This document shows, piece by piece, positions 36,481 to 63,028 of a stretch of 64,000 nt of DNA. The notes under the pieces were generated by a model. That model was not told the origin of the DNA, searched no databases, and saw nothing but the letters and a program-made list of their open reading frames with translations. Positions within the stretch are counted from its first letter, which is position 1. Every line of letters starts with the position of its first letter. This stretch comes from Paraphysomonas bandaiensis. Its lineage: Eukaryota; Protista; Chrysophyceae. The stretch covers positions 1 to 64,000 of the forward strand of contig CBFFRP010000036.1 of the NCBI GenBank assembly GCA_965644295.1, in the 5' to 3' direction. The position numbers and the translations under genes were made by a program.

Positions 36481-37291
36481 AAAGCATGGTTGAATATAGC
36501 ATTAGAACCAGTCATACATTAGCGTATCTTGTTTAGTTTGGTAATTATTGAGTCAATTGATTTCATTGTATTCGCTTGAAGTACTCACGCGATAGAGATA
36601 CACGCGAATCAATGCATCTTACTAGATCTTAATCAAGTTGAAATTCTGGATAGGTATTGAGGATTGAGGATGAGTCGTTATAAAAGGAAGGTATAACACT
36701 AGGAAATCCGCTACCACGTTGTACTATGTAGTCACTCAAGAATAAACGTTGCAGCGATAAGGTGGCAACAGAGATTATAACTGATAAAAGCTAAGCAACT
36801 ACGCTGGAATTTCGTGTGGTTGTCATGAAAGTGGCAATGTCGACGTATACGACATGTATAATATATATTATATGATACCTATATTATGCTGCACGGAAGC
36901 GCAGGCCTATACTCCAACCAGCTGATTAGTCAAGATCCTATAAATGAGATCAACGAGGCAATCAAACGACACAAGAAAACTCAGCAACAAGACAGTTCTT
37001 ATAAAGTGACCGTCAGTTGGACAAACAAGGCTACGAGTGGAGCAACCTGGACCACGAAAAGGTCCAACGCGCGCTATTTAATCACATATATCATGAAATT
37101 TGGGATTCTATAATACACAATAGTAAACCATCAATTATTGCACAAAAGTAAGAATGACATCGAAGCGTCAAAAAAGATCACAAACTATCGACCAAAAACA
37201 CTATAAAACATTTCTCTCTCTACAGCGTGTATATCTAGCAGTTTCGTGATGTTGTAAGATGCGTTTACCAGTAACCTTCTATTCACTATAA

Positions 37292-50642
<13,351 letters not shown>

Positions 50643-51231
50643 CTTACACAGCCACTACACGATTAATAATCTATAAACTCGTTGAGTTGACAATGTCGAC
50701 TTCTATTCATACTTATACAGTGGAAGAGTATTAATAAACGAATAATATTCTCGTCAAAATAGCCTTTCAAAATGTATCTAAGATATTCTCACTCTATGGG
50801 TGTATATCTAACAGTAGTTAAGGTGATAGTAATCGATAGTCATTCCTCTCAATATACATGTATATGATTCTTAAGGCCAATTATCTCCCTTCTATTTGAC
50901 CATATGATAAACTGTACTGGTGTATAGCAGAGTGTACAGCAGGAGTACGTACTGTAGTACATGCTGTACGTACGATAATTATCTGCCTTTTTTTTTACTG
51001 TTGACGAGGAGGAGCTTCGTACGACACGTAGGAATTCCTAGTAAAATTAATTCAGAAATCCCCGACATTTCTGCATAAAAACCATAAAGTGGACAGATTA
51101 GGTATCACAACCTCCTATTCACGTACACCAGGTACATGTACGTGTGTCCAGGACTGTCCAGCTGTGTGGTCCATATCAACACATCCCCACAAATATCCTC
51201 ATAGCAATCTGTTAAGTTACACAGTCACTGA

Positions 51232-52016
51232 ATGGCACACAAGGGCAAACACTCATCATCAATAACTTCTATCCCAGCTACCTTACAGACTGAAGCGACC
51301 ACTAAAATTAGCGATGTGTCCTTATTTTCTTCAGTCGATGATGTGATAAGCGCTTGTCAACCACCTGCCTCTAGTTATCCTCAATCTTGCTCCATATGCT
51401 TCCAGGAATTTTGTGGTGACTGCTGTAACTTTGCATTGATTGTCCTTCCCTACTGCAGAAGCAGCCATTGTTTCTGTAGGAACTGTGCACGCCGAATGCT
51501 GGACACATCCGGAAAGTGTGGGGTATGCATGAAGTATTACATTGCCAGTACCGGCACACAACCTGTAAATGGTAGAATGCGTGTGGCAGTGCTTCCCCCA
51601 TCGCGGCTCAGACTACCAGGACACGAGGACTGTGGAGTTATCGTCATTCGCTACGAGTTTCCATCAGGAGTACAAGGCCCAGAACACCCTAATGCGGGGC
51701 AACGTTACCGTGGGACGAAAAGGCAAGCGTATCTGCCAGATAATGAGCTAGGTAGAAAAGTACTAGCGATGCTTCAGACTTGCTTCCAGCGCCGTTTGAC
51801 GTTTACAGTAGGTATGGTTCAGGATTAACGCTATTCATTTATAGCTCACACAATGCAGGTCGTTCTGTAACCACGGGCCAAGATAACTGCGTTATATGGA
51901 ATGGCATTCACCATAAAACCAATGTGACTGGTGGTTCATCTAGATTTGGATATCCTGATGAAACTTACTTGCACAGAGTAATGTGGGAGCTTAACGACAA
52001 GGGCATCACGGGTTGA
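51232..52016 (+). CDS. Deltex-like E3 ligase (RING + Deltex C-terminal domain); intron 51812-51858
   Basis: CSIC..HCFCRNC..CGVC; [36 protein letters not shown]|[22 protein letters not shown]. Confidence 0.92.
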
Positions 52017-52132
52017 ATCAATGGTTAAAAGTGATATACTGTCCTGGGACAAGTATGAAACCAGTATGTTTTTGAATAGTTGATTTTATCATTACCGTAT
52101 AGATTTGCATCTATATTTAGAATTTTATTTGC

Positions 52133-52215
52133 TTCATTAGATTATGTACTATAGAAATTGTTTATTACTATCGTTTCATTAGATTGTGTACTATATAAAT
52201 TGTTTATTACTATCG
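52133..52215 (+). repeat. ~42-bp tandem duplication
   Basis: TTCATTAGATT(A/G)TGTACTATA(G/T)AAATTGTTTATTACTATCG twice. Confidence 0.85.
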
Positions 52216-53560
52216 AGGTTTCCTGCGCAATATAACTATCGTATATTGTGCCTGTTTATTACAAGTGCTAAAATAAAATAATAATCGACAATGATTTGAA
52301 GCAAAAAGTAATTTGGACAACAGTATGAATATTTGACACAGAGTACCGTGCAGGAAATACCCTGCTTTGCTGTTTGACGCATAACTGCAGTCATTTCTGT
52401 ATACTGTATAGTAATGAAGCAGAAATATATTTGTCCCTACTAAATTTTTCATTTGTTCCTACTAAACTAAATGGCAGCTGATTATCCATATACTATTTTT
52501 TTAGCCGCTTCTGCTGAGTTGTAGAACTATAAAACAGATAAAAGCGCTGCAAAGTATATAAATTGAAATATAAGTTCTTGAACTTTCTTATGTATTCAAC
52601 ATTGACACACACACTATGCTTTGCTTCATTAGCGCTTTGTATATGTCGTCGTCTTCTGATTGTGGTTACTTGGTAGCTCAAGAAATTGAAAGTATGTAGA
52701 GAAAAAGCATTGTATCAATCTACGTATGAAATAATTTCATTCTTCCGAGCGAGTTAGTAATTAGGCACCTTATATTCATCGTCTCCGTGACACCACATTC
52801 GATATATCCTCATTCCCAAGATACTAATGCTGCTAAAAAGTATGAGAGGCCGAGGTGCTCTGTAGTTCTTCGTATATATATATGCTTAACATAGATGATA
52901 GTAATATTATTTCAACCATTACTGTGTTAGAAGTGCAGGTCATTATTACAAGTGGGGTCCATATCACTAGTGGGGTGCTGTCTACAGTAACAGATATGTC
53001 GAAACAGGAAGCCTATTCATTCATATGTTAATCCTATTGTTGTCTACAAACACCCTTTCCATATAGTACATACTGGATAAGATATAAATCCATGGGATAA
53101 TCCCCATCACAGGTGGGTAGTGTCATGATCAGCGTTAAGTTCCATTTCAGGGCAGTTCATGCATATGATACCATAATTAACTGATACCCGGATATTAGCA
53201 CATTATACTCTGTATATGTACAAAAAATGTCAGTAGTACACTAAATCTCAATATAAAAATCACACTTTTTTGTCATATCAAAAACAGAAATAGGATTTTT
53301 TTCCTGATCGACATGCATATTCCTACCCGTACAGCAGCCGTACGTGTAATCTGTGTATTGTAAGAATAAGAAGTTCTTCAATAATACACACATATATCCA
53401 CACATACACACCATACATATCCATATGCATGCATATATATATATCCATAGAGCCACATCACACTCTAATAACCAAACACCATATATAACTACACCCAATA
53501 CCCTCTAGCAGACACGTCTTACCCCCCCTACACCTCTCTATCGAATCACATCCCTATATA

Positions 53561-55005
53561 ATGACATCTAAGCTCCATATGAACATACAAGTGAATCTAG
53601 CATGCGGACAGCCTCCAGAGAACCTTTTACCCTTTCAACTAGTCTCATCTGCAGCCATTAAACTCCTTAGTGGTCAATATGAGATGTCTCAGTATGATGA
53701 TTCATCATCCCCATTAAATTATGGGGATTGCAACACGTTTTTTTCCAAACGTGTTGCCTCTCTATTACATGATGAGTGTGGTAGAGATAGCATTGACTAT
53801 AATCTTATTGTACCCACAGCTGGAGTGTCGAATGCACTTGACATGATATGTACAATGCTGTGCAAGGGACTCAACAAACAAGGAATTGTGTTTGTAGAAG
53901 AAGCGACTTACTTCTTGTCGATGGGTGTATTTGAGGATCATGGTATTAACATTCATAATTTTACTATCTATCTTCATAGATTCATGCAGGCCTCATCATT
54001 CAACCGGTTGCAACTGACGATGAAGGAATTGTTATAGATGACTTCAGGCGGTTATTGGAGGCATTGGGTACGGAGGGAGCAGCTAGCTTGCAGCCTTTAT
54101 TCCTTTACACGATACCTACTTTTCATAATCCAACTGGGCGTACCATGAGCTTGAGCCGGCGCAGGCAGTTGCTCGAGCTCACCCGAGAATACGGGGTTTT
54201 CGTGGTGGCGGATGAAGTATATCAGATGTTGGGCTTTACTTCATCTCTAACATCCCGCAAAGACTCTCTATCCTCTACTAATCCTAATGCGCTATATCCT
54301 GCTCTGGTGTCACTCACTCCTCCGTCGTCATGTCCCCTGGATCTGTATGAGCACGTCATATCAGTGTCCTCATTCTCTAAGATACTCGCTCCGGGCTTGA
54401 GGGTTGGTTGGGTTGAGTTCTCGTGTCCCGCACTGGCAGAGAGGTTCCGAGCTCTGGGTGTACTCCGATCTGGTAGCTCAATATCCCACTTCGCTTCCTG
54501 TGTGGCGGTGTGCTGTTTATCAGATCCCACAGACCCAGATTCAACTCATCCGCAATGCCCTCTGCGCAGCCATATGCAATATCTCAGGGATACCCTAGCG
54601 AGAAAGTACGAAGCTCTTACAGACGCCCTAGTAGAGTACTCACGAAGACTTCTGGGTGGATATGGTATTGAGGACGCAATTACAATTACTGGCTACGGTA
54701 CAAATGAACCAGTGGGTGGGTACTTTATCTGGGTGAAGCTGCCAGCGTGGCTGCGAGAAAAGTATACTGCGACTGAGCTATTAAGCCTAGCCCGTGAAGA
54801 TCCATACAGTGTTGCCTTCACTCCTGGAGACAGCTGCATGCCCGTAAATAGCAACGAGTATATTCCATTATCTACAATCCGAGCATCAGAAAGTGTACCA
54901 CGTGAACAGTTTGTGCGCCTTTGCTTTGCAAGGCTGTCTGTTGAAGAGCTACAAGATGGTGCACAACGGCTATGTCAGCTGCTGGCAGATATAAAGTCAG
55001 TATAA
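53561..55005 (+). CDS. PLP-dependent class I/II aminotransferase (Aro8/2-aminoadipate transaminase-like); one intron near 53942-53989
   Basis: NLACGQP, VFVEEATYF, LYTIPTFHNPTG, VVADEVY, SSFSKILAPGLRVGW, GGYFIW, VRLCFA. Confidence 0.92.
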
Positions 55006-55639
55006 CATATACAGAGACGTATTTATACCGCTTACCTCGATATATCTAATACTAAGTAATAGGAAAGAAAAGTAGAGAAAGCGTTGCTAGAATGCTTAAT
55101 TTCAAGACACTTGTTTAGAGTAAAGTATCGAATAAGATGTGGTTTTATACTTAATCGATTGTCTATTCATATTGCATCCCAACGCAGAAACACGGAACTG
55201 CTGTAGTTGTAATAAAGCACACTTTCAACTTAAGATATGCCACTGATGAACTCCCAACAAACAAGATATCACAGACTAGGTACTTAGCCAATTAGCACTT
55301 TGAGAGGGATACAAGATGTCGCGCTTCCATGAAATAAGTTAAATGAATGAACAGAAAACCAGTAACGACTAGATAATAGACAGTAAGCAAAAATATGTTC
55401 AAGGTACGGAGCGTATCATACAAAAATCAAGATTCTTAAAAAAGACTAGGTTTAAAGATAATAATAACATTAATGACAGGCATATATGCTATTCAGTAAT
55501 AACATATTGGACATATGACTATACTGCACATCACTATACTGCATATGCTTATACTGCATATCACTATACTGCATACCTCTACGAGTACAACCAGCTGAAG
55601 ATTGTATTTTTCTGATATTTAAGACCACATATCATGCAT

Positions 55640-56140
55640 AGAGGTCAGTGAGCTAAACCCGTTCAACTTCAATATAGCCAAGAATGAACCTGTTAAATAT
55701 ATCAACCCTTGCCCCTCAGTGGCATCAGATAACTCTCCACTGGAACCTCTAGCTTGATAATAATGTTCTTCATACACCTTATCAATTCCATCTCAACCAA
55801 TGGTACAGACATGGCAAGTCCATATGCACGCATCCAGTTCCTTGATTTGTGAGGCAGCACGTAGCCATACTCAGTACGTTGTGTCTGACGAAAGGTACCT
55901 CACATCCCGTTGCATCATGACCATCACCCTGACGAAATGGCTCTCGGTGATCCACATGTTATAACGCCTGTCCTTGGCGTGATAGTTTGCCCAGCTATGT
56001 GGCCAGTGCTCGCGATATCCACAACCGACTGCTGCTGGTCTAGGCCTTTGCATAAAGAATGTCCCAGCTAGATTTTCATCTGCATACTATGGCTCGCCGT
56101 GTAGTGTTAGGCAGCACATGGCTGATGGATCTATCCGACT
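55640..56140 (-). pseudogene. Possible decayed DUF2306-like membrane protein gene
   Basis: Scraps KDRRYNMWITESH and RNWMRAYGLAMSVPL resemble the HRxWMxRxY motif; stops and shifts throughout. Confidence 0.3.
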
Positions 56141-56443
56141 CAACACAGCACTCTATTGTTTGAATTCATTATTAGAGCCAATCAAGTTTCTTGGCGCCAT
56201 AACCCCCAATATACCCACAATATTACAGGTTTTATCATAACAAGTACATTTTTTTCCGTATATTTGAGTTTTGAACTCCTACGAAAAATACGAAGCATAT
56301 CTGCAACAGTTCGTAGTATACAGTCACTCTGTATACCGCCGCCTCATAGCTATGTACACTACTGTACAGCAGCAGGCAGACATATGCACACTGTGCATCA
56401 TATTAACTCACCCTCACATAGGCTTATATCCAGCACACACCCC

Positions 56444-58082
56444 ATGCATACACAACAATTCCCCTATGGGGCAATCACTATATACCTTACAGTTCTCTTA
56501 TATCACGCAGTTATCACTACAGCTCAATGCAATGGTCATCACCAGCACCAGCCCACGACACGTATATACTGTATAGCAGCCGTTGAACGGTTATGGAACT
56601 ATGCTCCTCAATCCACTGCATATGCATATGATATATCAGGCCTGTATGAATCATATGCACAAGAGGAATTGCAAGAACATAATAAGAATCTTGGAAAATC
56701 TTATATGAAAGTTATGTATCGAGGCTTTGCCTATGACACACAAACTATGCAATGTGATTGGATGAAGGAGTTAGTAGATGGATATGACAATAAGGGCTCA
56801 TTGCTGGGTTTATTAGGACCTACTATACGTGCTGTTGTTGGAGATACTATTGTTGTTCACTTCAGAAATAATGCCAGCCACACACACTCTGTCCATCCGC
56901 ATGGGTTATACTATCAAGAGGTACGACACCCCATCTAGTTAAGTTAATACTGAAACTGTGCGTAGGGATTCTCAGATTCTGCTCTCCCTGGAAAGGAAGT
57001 AACATATACTTGGTTGGCATTGGCAGGGTCTGGACCCGATTCGTCCTCCAGTATGTCTTCACGTGTTTGGTTGTACTACAGCAATGTAGACGGGGAGAGG
57101 GATACTAACAGTGGTCTACTTGGGGCGATTATAGTGACTTCGAGTGAGTTTATTAGATCGCAGGATGCTTCTGCTGACGCTGTTCCTTGTGATGTTGACT
57201 TGGATATCGTGCTTGCAATGTGGGTGATTAATGAAAGCAGCAGCTGGTGCGTGCGTTCGTAGTGATGATAAAATTTTTACTGCATGTCACAGGATGTTAG
57301 AAAGTAATCTTATTTCCCACATTGGGGATGAAGTCTTTTTGGATCCAGAACGTTATGCTCAGGATGAGCAGTTTGTCAAGAGTAACACCCGGTACTCTCT
57401 CAACGGATATCTATACGGCAACCTTGGACTAGGTGTGCGCGCTGGTACACATGTGCGGTGGCATATGATTAGTATTGGGGGAAACTACAGTGAGAGGGTT
57501 CTGGGACTGGAATGGGCGAGACAAGCGGAGTCTGGGGGATATGGACAGGCTTTTGCACGGGTTTCTTTGCAGCATCCGGGCTACATTTCCGTTGACATGA
57601 TACCACAGGGACCTGCTGGGTACTTTTTGCATGCACAAGATAGAAACATCTCGCAGAGGGGTATGGTGGCTTTGTTAGAAGTAATAGAAAGCTTGGACGA
57701 CGATGAAACAGGTGTGGATACTACAGGCGGTGCTGGTGTGGTCTTCAATTGGTGGTCAGTTGCACTCATTGGCTCAGCACTTGTGGTGGTAACTGGGGCA
57801 CTTTTCTGCTCGATTATTTTGGTGGCGCCAAGTTGTATGTCTCTTAAATGTCTGCGGGGTATGAAAATGCCTGTCGTGCAATGGGTTGAAATACCTGGAG
57901 ACTCACAACATGGCGACTTGGATAGGGATTCAGAGGACGGTAGAATAGATGCATGGAGGAATGGAAGTGATTGGGACGATGATGATGACGATGAAGTTGT
58001 ATTAGGCTCGTGGGGTGGTATGGGTCAGGCTCCTGTAATTGACTCGTATAGGTATCACAGAGAACCGGATGAACGCGAGTGA
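56444..58082 (+). CDS. Ceruloplasmin/hephaestin-like cupredoxin protein, two domains + TM + acidic tail; 3 exons
   Basis: YCIAAVERLWNYAP, LGLLGPTIRAVVGDTIVVHFRN, HSVHPHGL, PGKEVTYTW, NSGLLGAIIV, YSLNGYLYGNL, VRWHM, GMVALLEV; TM WWSVALIG...LVA. Confidence 0.85.
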
Positions 58083-58659
58083 GCAATCGATGGGCGAGAT
58101 AGTGTAGAATTTATGATAGAGGAGTATTTTTTGTGTCTACTTATTGTGGTTTTTGTATGTAAAAGTTTCATGTACATTGATGTATATATAGGTATCCTTC
58201 CACATAAAGTATCAGAGTTTTGTGACATGTCAGAAATATTAAGATTTTGACCCCTTACTGAAATAGATTTACCCGAAATAACAGTTTTCAGCCTGTGTTT
58301 ATTACAGCCACAATAGTACCTCTCCGTTTTAAGGCGTTATTCTATAGAATTTTCACATTGTAGTAACCAGGACTGCGTATTAATTAATTGTCGTTTATAG
58401 AAATTAAGACAGCAACTAGTAATTGCAATTATAATTGATAAAACAGTCTTAAATTAATTGTGGCAATTTGAATTTATTGCGAGAGACAATTATAAAAATT
58501 GCAATCCCAAAGTTTGACGAAGAATAAGATGATGATAATGACAGTGAGGATCTAGTTCAGAGTGTCAACAAAGTGCAGATTTGATCGCAACCAAACGCGT
58601 TTTAACAAGCAAACTCGATACCACAGCCTGAAACACTTGCTTGTCACAACGAATAAGAT

Positions 58660-59310
58660 TATATTGAGAGTCTTATTAGCAATTGATGTTAAAAATCACT
58701 ACCAGTTTAGTAGCTAGATAAAAACTAGGCAAGCTAGATAGACGTCCACCTGTAACTAGCTAGTACAAACTCTATTATTCTACTATTTAACGCTACGGAA
58801 GCTGTTTGTGCGTTGCCACAAGCACCAAGGTGCAACACCTCCGCTCTATCACTGAAAGTAAACTTTGTGAGCAAGTAGAATGTTGATATACCTGCCATCT
58901 GCTGACTTCAAAACTTTTTAGCTTTTGAGTCCTTAAGGTGTACATCCCGGATGCTTGACTTCACCAAGCAGCCCGATACCCGGTTACACTTGAGGTGGGC
59001 TCATTCCCGGATGCCTGTTTATTCGTCAAGGCCCAAAGACGGCTACACAAGTGACACTGATTGGTGTTTTTTGTACCACACCAGCATTTAGATATTAGGA
59101 GGAAACAATATCAGCTGACTATATATATGCGGCTCACGTTAGTTTCCCGGAGAAATTGCCAGAGTATTTATCCCCTGAGTGGGCAGAACAATACTTGCAT
59201 CTATGATTGCGGCTCACGTTTGTTTTCCTGAGAAAATCTCTCCGGTACTTATCCCCCAGAACACCACGAAAAGGTGCGAGTCCGACTCTGATGAGGGAAG
59301 TAAAGGTCTA
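58660..59310 (+). repeat. TIR-element family, copy D (longest internal sequence, with internal ~80-bp duplication)
   Basis: Shares all core blocks with B, C and E; GCGGCTCACGTT..GAGAAA occurs twice. Confidence 0.8.
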
Positions 59311-60204
59311 GTTTTATGGGGACTAAAGTTGCAGGATTCTCTTATACCTGTCCCGTATATATTCAAATTTGACATAATAGTAATGTAAAGACTTATTTAA
59401 CTTAACGTAATTCACACTATATTCTTTAATTGTAAATTAGTAACACTACTAAACTCATAATCAATATCACTTGTCACTCATTCTCAATCGCCAAATCTGT
59501 GCTATCGCAACTACCAATCATTTTTATACGATTATATATATATATATTATCACAATTTTATACAGCCAATATATTTCAGTTCTACTACTATGTTTTACTA
59601 TCATGACATTAGTTTTCTGATACTGTTAACCACTACAGTATTCTTCAAGTAACAATCATAATTTAAATACCTTGAAATATAGCTTTCAATGCTCACAAAC
59701 AGCAAAACTCGACAGTTTTCCCTCCTGCAAAAAGTGTCCTTCACACATATAGTAAACTAAGGCCTTTACAATAACGGGTGCTATTTTTGTCTGGTCTAAC
59801 AAGAGTACAGGTCTACGCAGCTGAATAAAATCCATATTTCTACTTAAAATCAAAGAAAGCTCAGACAAAGGTTCTGATGTTTACCGATACATGGAAAGCA
59901 CACATGTGCAATGTCAGCGATTAAAGTAGTACTGACTGCTGACTACGACTTCAATTCAGGATATTTCTAAAGCGAACTGTGTATGAACACTACATAGACG
60001 TGCACGCTTCTTGTCGTGGAAGCTAACACACACTTCAAGGATTCTCAGTTGTGGTATAAATCTAAACATACCACAGAGTGATGTCCAGCTTCAATTCCAG
60101 CCAAATACCCATGTAATCGTGTTAACATCATGAGCAATATTATTAATCATGTTCTAATTATAGTCACTCCTAGGATGAATGCAAAATGAACCAGAATTAA
60201 CTAA

Positions 60205-61034
60205 CTAATCGTCGTCCTCATCATCTTTGGTCTCCATGCCGAACAGTTTCTTGAGAGCGGCTGAAGGATCTCCGTCTAGTCCCTGTTCCTTCTGTTGTGC
60301 CATCAATTCTTTCATTTGCTCCTTGTCCATTCCAGACAGTAACTTGGGAAATAGGAACATAACACCAAATGACACAACCATCATAACCATCATTTTATTT
60401 CCCATAATTATCTTGTACAGCGAAAAAGGTTCCTTCTTCTGGAAATAGCTCACCTTTACGAGCGGTGTGAGAACAAGGGGATAGCCTATAGCGCTTCGAG
60501 CAGCCCCGGGGTATTTATACTCCACCGGGACCACTGTTCCGCTCTCTGGAGACACTTTAAGCTTGACTTGGCTGTAGATTTGATCCGGAGAGAGGACATC
60601 TAACAAATATATTCCTGAATACAATCCACACTAATATAAGACATATATCAAATACTGCACCCATATATTAACCTTCTGGAATATTAAAGAATGTAAACGA
60701 TCCATCTCGTCGAGTTAAAGTTGTGTATTGTTCTCCATTGAGAGATATCTGAACCATATGAGTTACATACATATATATATATACAGCACATGTACATGTG
60801 TGTATATAGTCACCTTAACATTAGCAGGTAGAGAAGAGGATCCAGGCTCCAGTAACTTCCCTTCAATTGGTAATACAGAGCTACTGTATACACTACAAGA
60901 ATAGTCAGTTTACATAACATACATATATATATACATACACATGCACATAGCACGTATGTATGTATGTGTACCTACCTGTGTATATATGCGCATAGAGAGC
61001 ATATATATAACAGACTTTCAGTTCGAGACTTCAT
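60205..61034 (-). CDS. EMC7: ER membrane protein complex subunit 7 (DUF2012), multi-exon
   Basis: ISLNGEQYTTLTRRDGSFTFFNI, GIYLLDV, YFQKKEPFSL, TM MMVMMVVSFGVMFLFPKL, MDKEQMKE. Confidence 0.85.
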
Positions 61035-61119
61035 AGTAACAGTAGTTAACTACTGGTAAGGGATACTTGATAAGGTGGTAATGCAACTATCAAGTGAGAG
61101 GTGCTATCAGTTCCCAACT

Positions 61120-61230
61120 ATATATAAATATGTGTATGTGTATATATGTGTGTATGTGTATATATGCGTGTATGTGTATGTATGCGTGTGTGTGATTATA
61201 TATGTACTGCTGTGTGTGTACGTATACAGA
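61120..61230. repeat. (TA/TG)-rich microsatellite upstream of EMC7
   Basis: TATGTGTATGTGTATATATG runs. Confidence 0.7.
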
Positions 61231-61413
61231 GTATGTGGTATGAGATGTACCATACTGCTGTATATGGGTACAGAATGTACTCTGTACAGGAGTACATACA
61301 GAGCACTGCTGTACTTCTGTATACAAGCAACAAGTTTCCTGGATGTTAGGTTTTCGACCTATTTTGGCATTTTCTCTTTTTATCTCGAAAACCCCCGATA
61401 TTCAAATACGCCT

Positions 61414-61625
61414 AGCTCCATGAAAAGGTGCAGAAGACAGCCGTTGACACGTGCGGACGGCACACACACCCAGAACCGGCATCAGCTTGCTTGCAGAAGG
61501 GCCATACGAGCAGGAGCCGAGAGCTGTCGCAGCAAGAACAGAAAACAACACAGAATCAGAAATTACAGGGGTGGTAAACAGCACACTCGTGTCAGCGGCT
61601 GTCTTCTGCACCTTTTCATGGAGCT
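61414..61625. repeat. 38-bp inverted repeat (1 mismatch) with 136-bp spacer
   Basis: 61414-61451 AGCTCCATGAAAAGGTGCAGAAGACAGCCGTTGACACG vs reverse complement at 61588-61625. Confidence 0.9.
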
Positions 61626-62398
61626 CACTCGGCACTTCTGGCATATCGATCTTGCCAGTCTCGGCTAGCTGCGTGACATCCCCGACCTCTCGACTCTCAT
61701 CCTCGCTGATCGTGGCCTCTTATCGCTGTTCTGGAATGACGATATTCTGTTCACCGCGTCTCTTACGATCTGCGTGGTCACGATCTTCACCCAGATGGTT
61801 CTGTTGACATATTTCAACGAACTGCATATGATCATGAACTCGTGCCAAGGTTAGCCAAAACTTGAAGTGAACTTCAGTATTCTGTAAACAGCTATATCAT
61901 GTATGTAATGTAGTAGCGTAGACCATTCTTTGCTTGAAAGCTTGACACAGTGATAAGATTTCCAGACACCTACATTTTTAGTACGTTTACAGTTTAAGAT
62001 GTACTTTAGATACACTGCTAAAGTATCTCAACTTCGATATTTAGGAATAGTTGAGGAGCTGTATGGTCTTCGAAGCATACAGACCTCGCTTCATATGAGG
62101 AAAGAGTATTTAATTTTACGACCTGGAGTAAAGTAAAACTACCCTTCCAATATTCGAATATCTAGATTTAAGAGAATCGGTACACTAGACCACTTACTTC
62201 CATCCCAGTGAAAATATTTTGTAAAAAGATTTATTTTAACTTACAGAATCAATACTACTACTATTACAACCCTGCGGTTTCATATGCTTCTTACTTAACA
62301 TCCTCACACATAGATAAGTTCTGTCTAGAGCACGAAACTGCACTCACTACATCATGTACAGCTCAATACTTACACAACAAAGAGTAAAAATATAGCCA

Positions 62399-62743
62399 TC
62401 AGTACATCCGTAACTTTCCGCCAATGCATTTAAAAATGGGATGACTGCGAATCTTCTGATTCCTTCCAAACGCCGTGTTACACTTTGGGCATGAAACGTA
62501 ATTGCTATCAGGTGTCAAGCTCTCAAGAATTCTGTAGGGGTCGTCTACAATCCTTTCATGATAGAGCTTAACTAAACCACTTTTCGTGCCATTCTTTTTC
62601 TTATAATCAAATAAACGTTCTTGACAGCTAGTGCAACAAACTGTAACTCGCCGGTACTTAGTACACGATCGCAGTGATGATAGATTTGTAATCTGACATC
62701 TGTATAGATTCACAATCCTACGATGGCAATATAATACTTGCAT
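62399..62743 (-). CDS. Small Zn-ribbon protein
   Basis: CTSC..LFDYKK..LVKLYHERI..CPKC..IRSHP.FK.IGGK; two CxxC pairs, intronless. Confidence 0.65.
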   Translation of the reverse strand: MQVLYCHRRIVNLYRCQITNLSSLRSCTKYRRVTVCCTSCQERLFDYKKKNGTKSGLVKLYHERIVDDPYRILESLTPDSNYVSCPKCNTAFGRNQKIRSHPIFKCIGGKLRMY

Positions 62744-62988
62744 CCCATTAGAGAACTGCTCTGGTTATATATAAATATATATGTACAGCACTGCTGCAAT
62801 CACTCTAGAAGTATCTACACGGTTAAGACACCAAACGAAGTGTGTGAGGCTCTTGAAAGAAAAGGGGAAGTGATTTTGCAGGAAGATGACTCTATGATGA
62901 AACACAGTCGATTTAATGCCCTCTATATGTTAATATGTGCATATTATGGTACCAACTGTGTTCATTATTGTGGCAGCTGGACACTGTA

Positions 62989-63028
62989 TACTGCTGTATA
63001 CTGTACTGCTGTATACTGTACTGCTGTA
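62989..63028 (+). repeat. Tandem 15-bp unit TACTGCTGTATACTG (x~3) in divergent promoter
   Basis: TACTGCTGTA at 62989, 63004, 63019. Confidence 0.85.

Noticed and set aside
36886-37113. 75-aa ORF between the TE island and the BEACH 3' end
   Set aside because: No recognisable motif or splice context
56156-56443. N-terminal 96 aa of the MCO ORF
   Set aside because: Non-ATG start through promoter-like sequence; the signal peptide follows ATG 56444
59255-59305. CGAAA...CTGATGAG as a hammerhead ribozyme in repeat copy D
   Set aside because: Too little sequence for stems I and III, and CTGATGA is not conserved in copy B
61075-61668. 197-aa ORF and similar Y/V/C/I-rich ORFs (10478, 16462, 53241, 62738-63419)
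   Set aside because: Translations of TA/TG low-complexity promoter tracts
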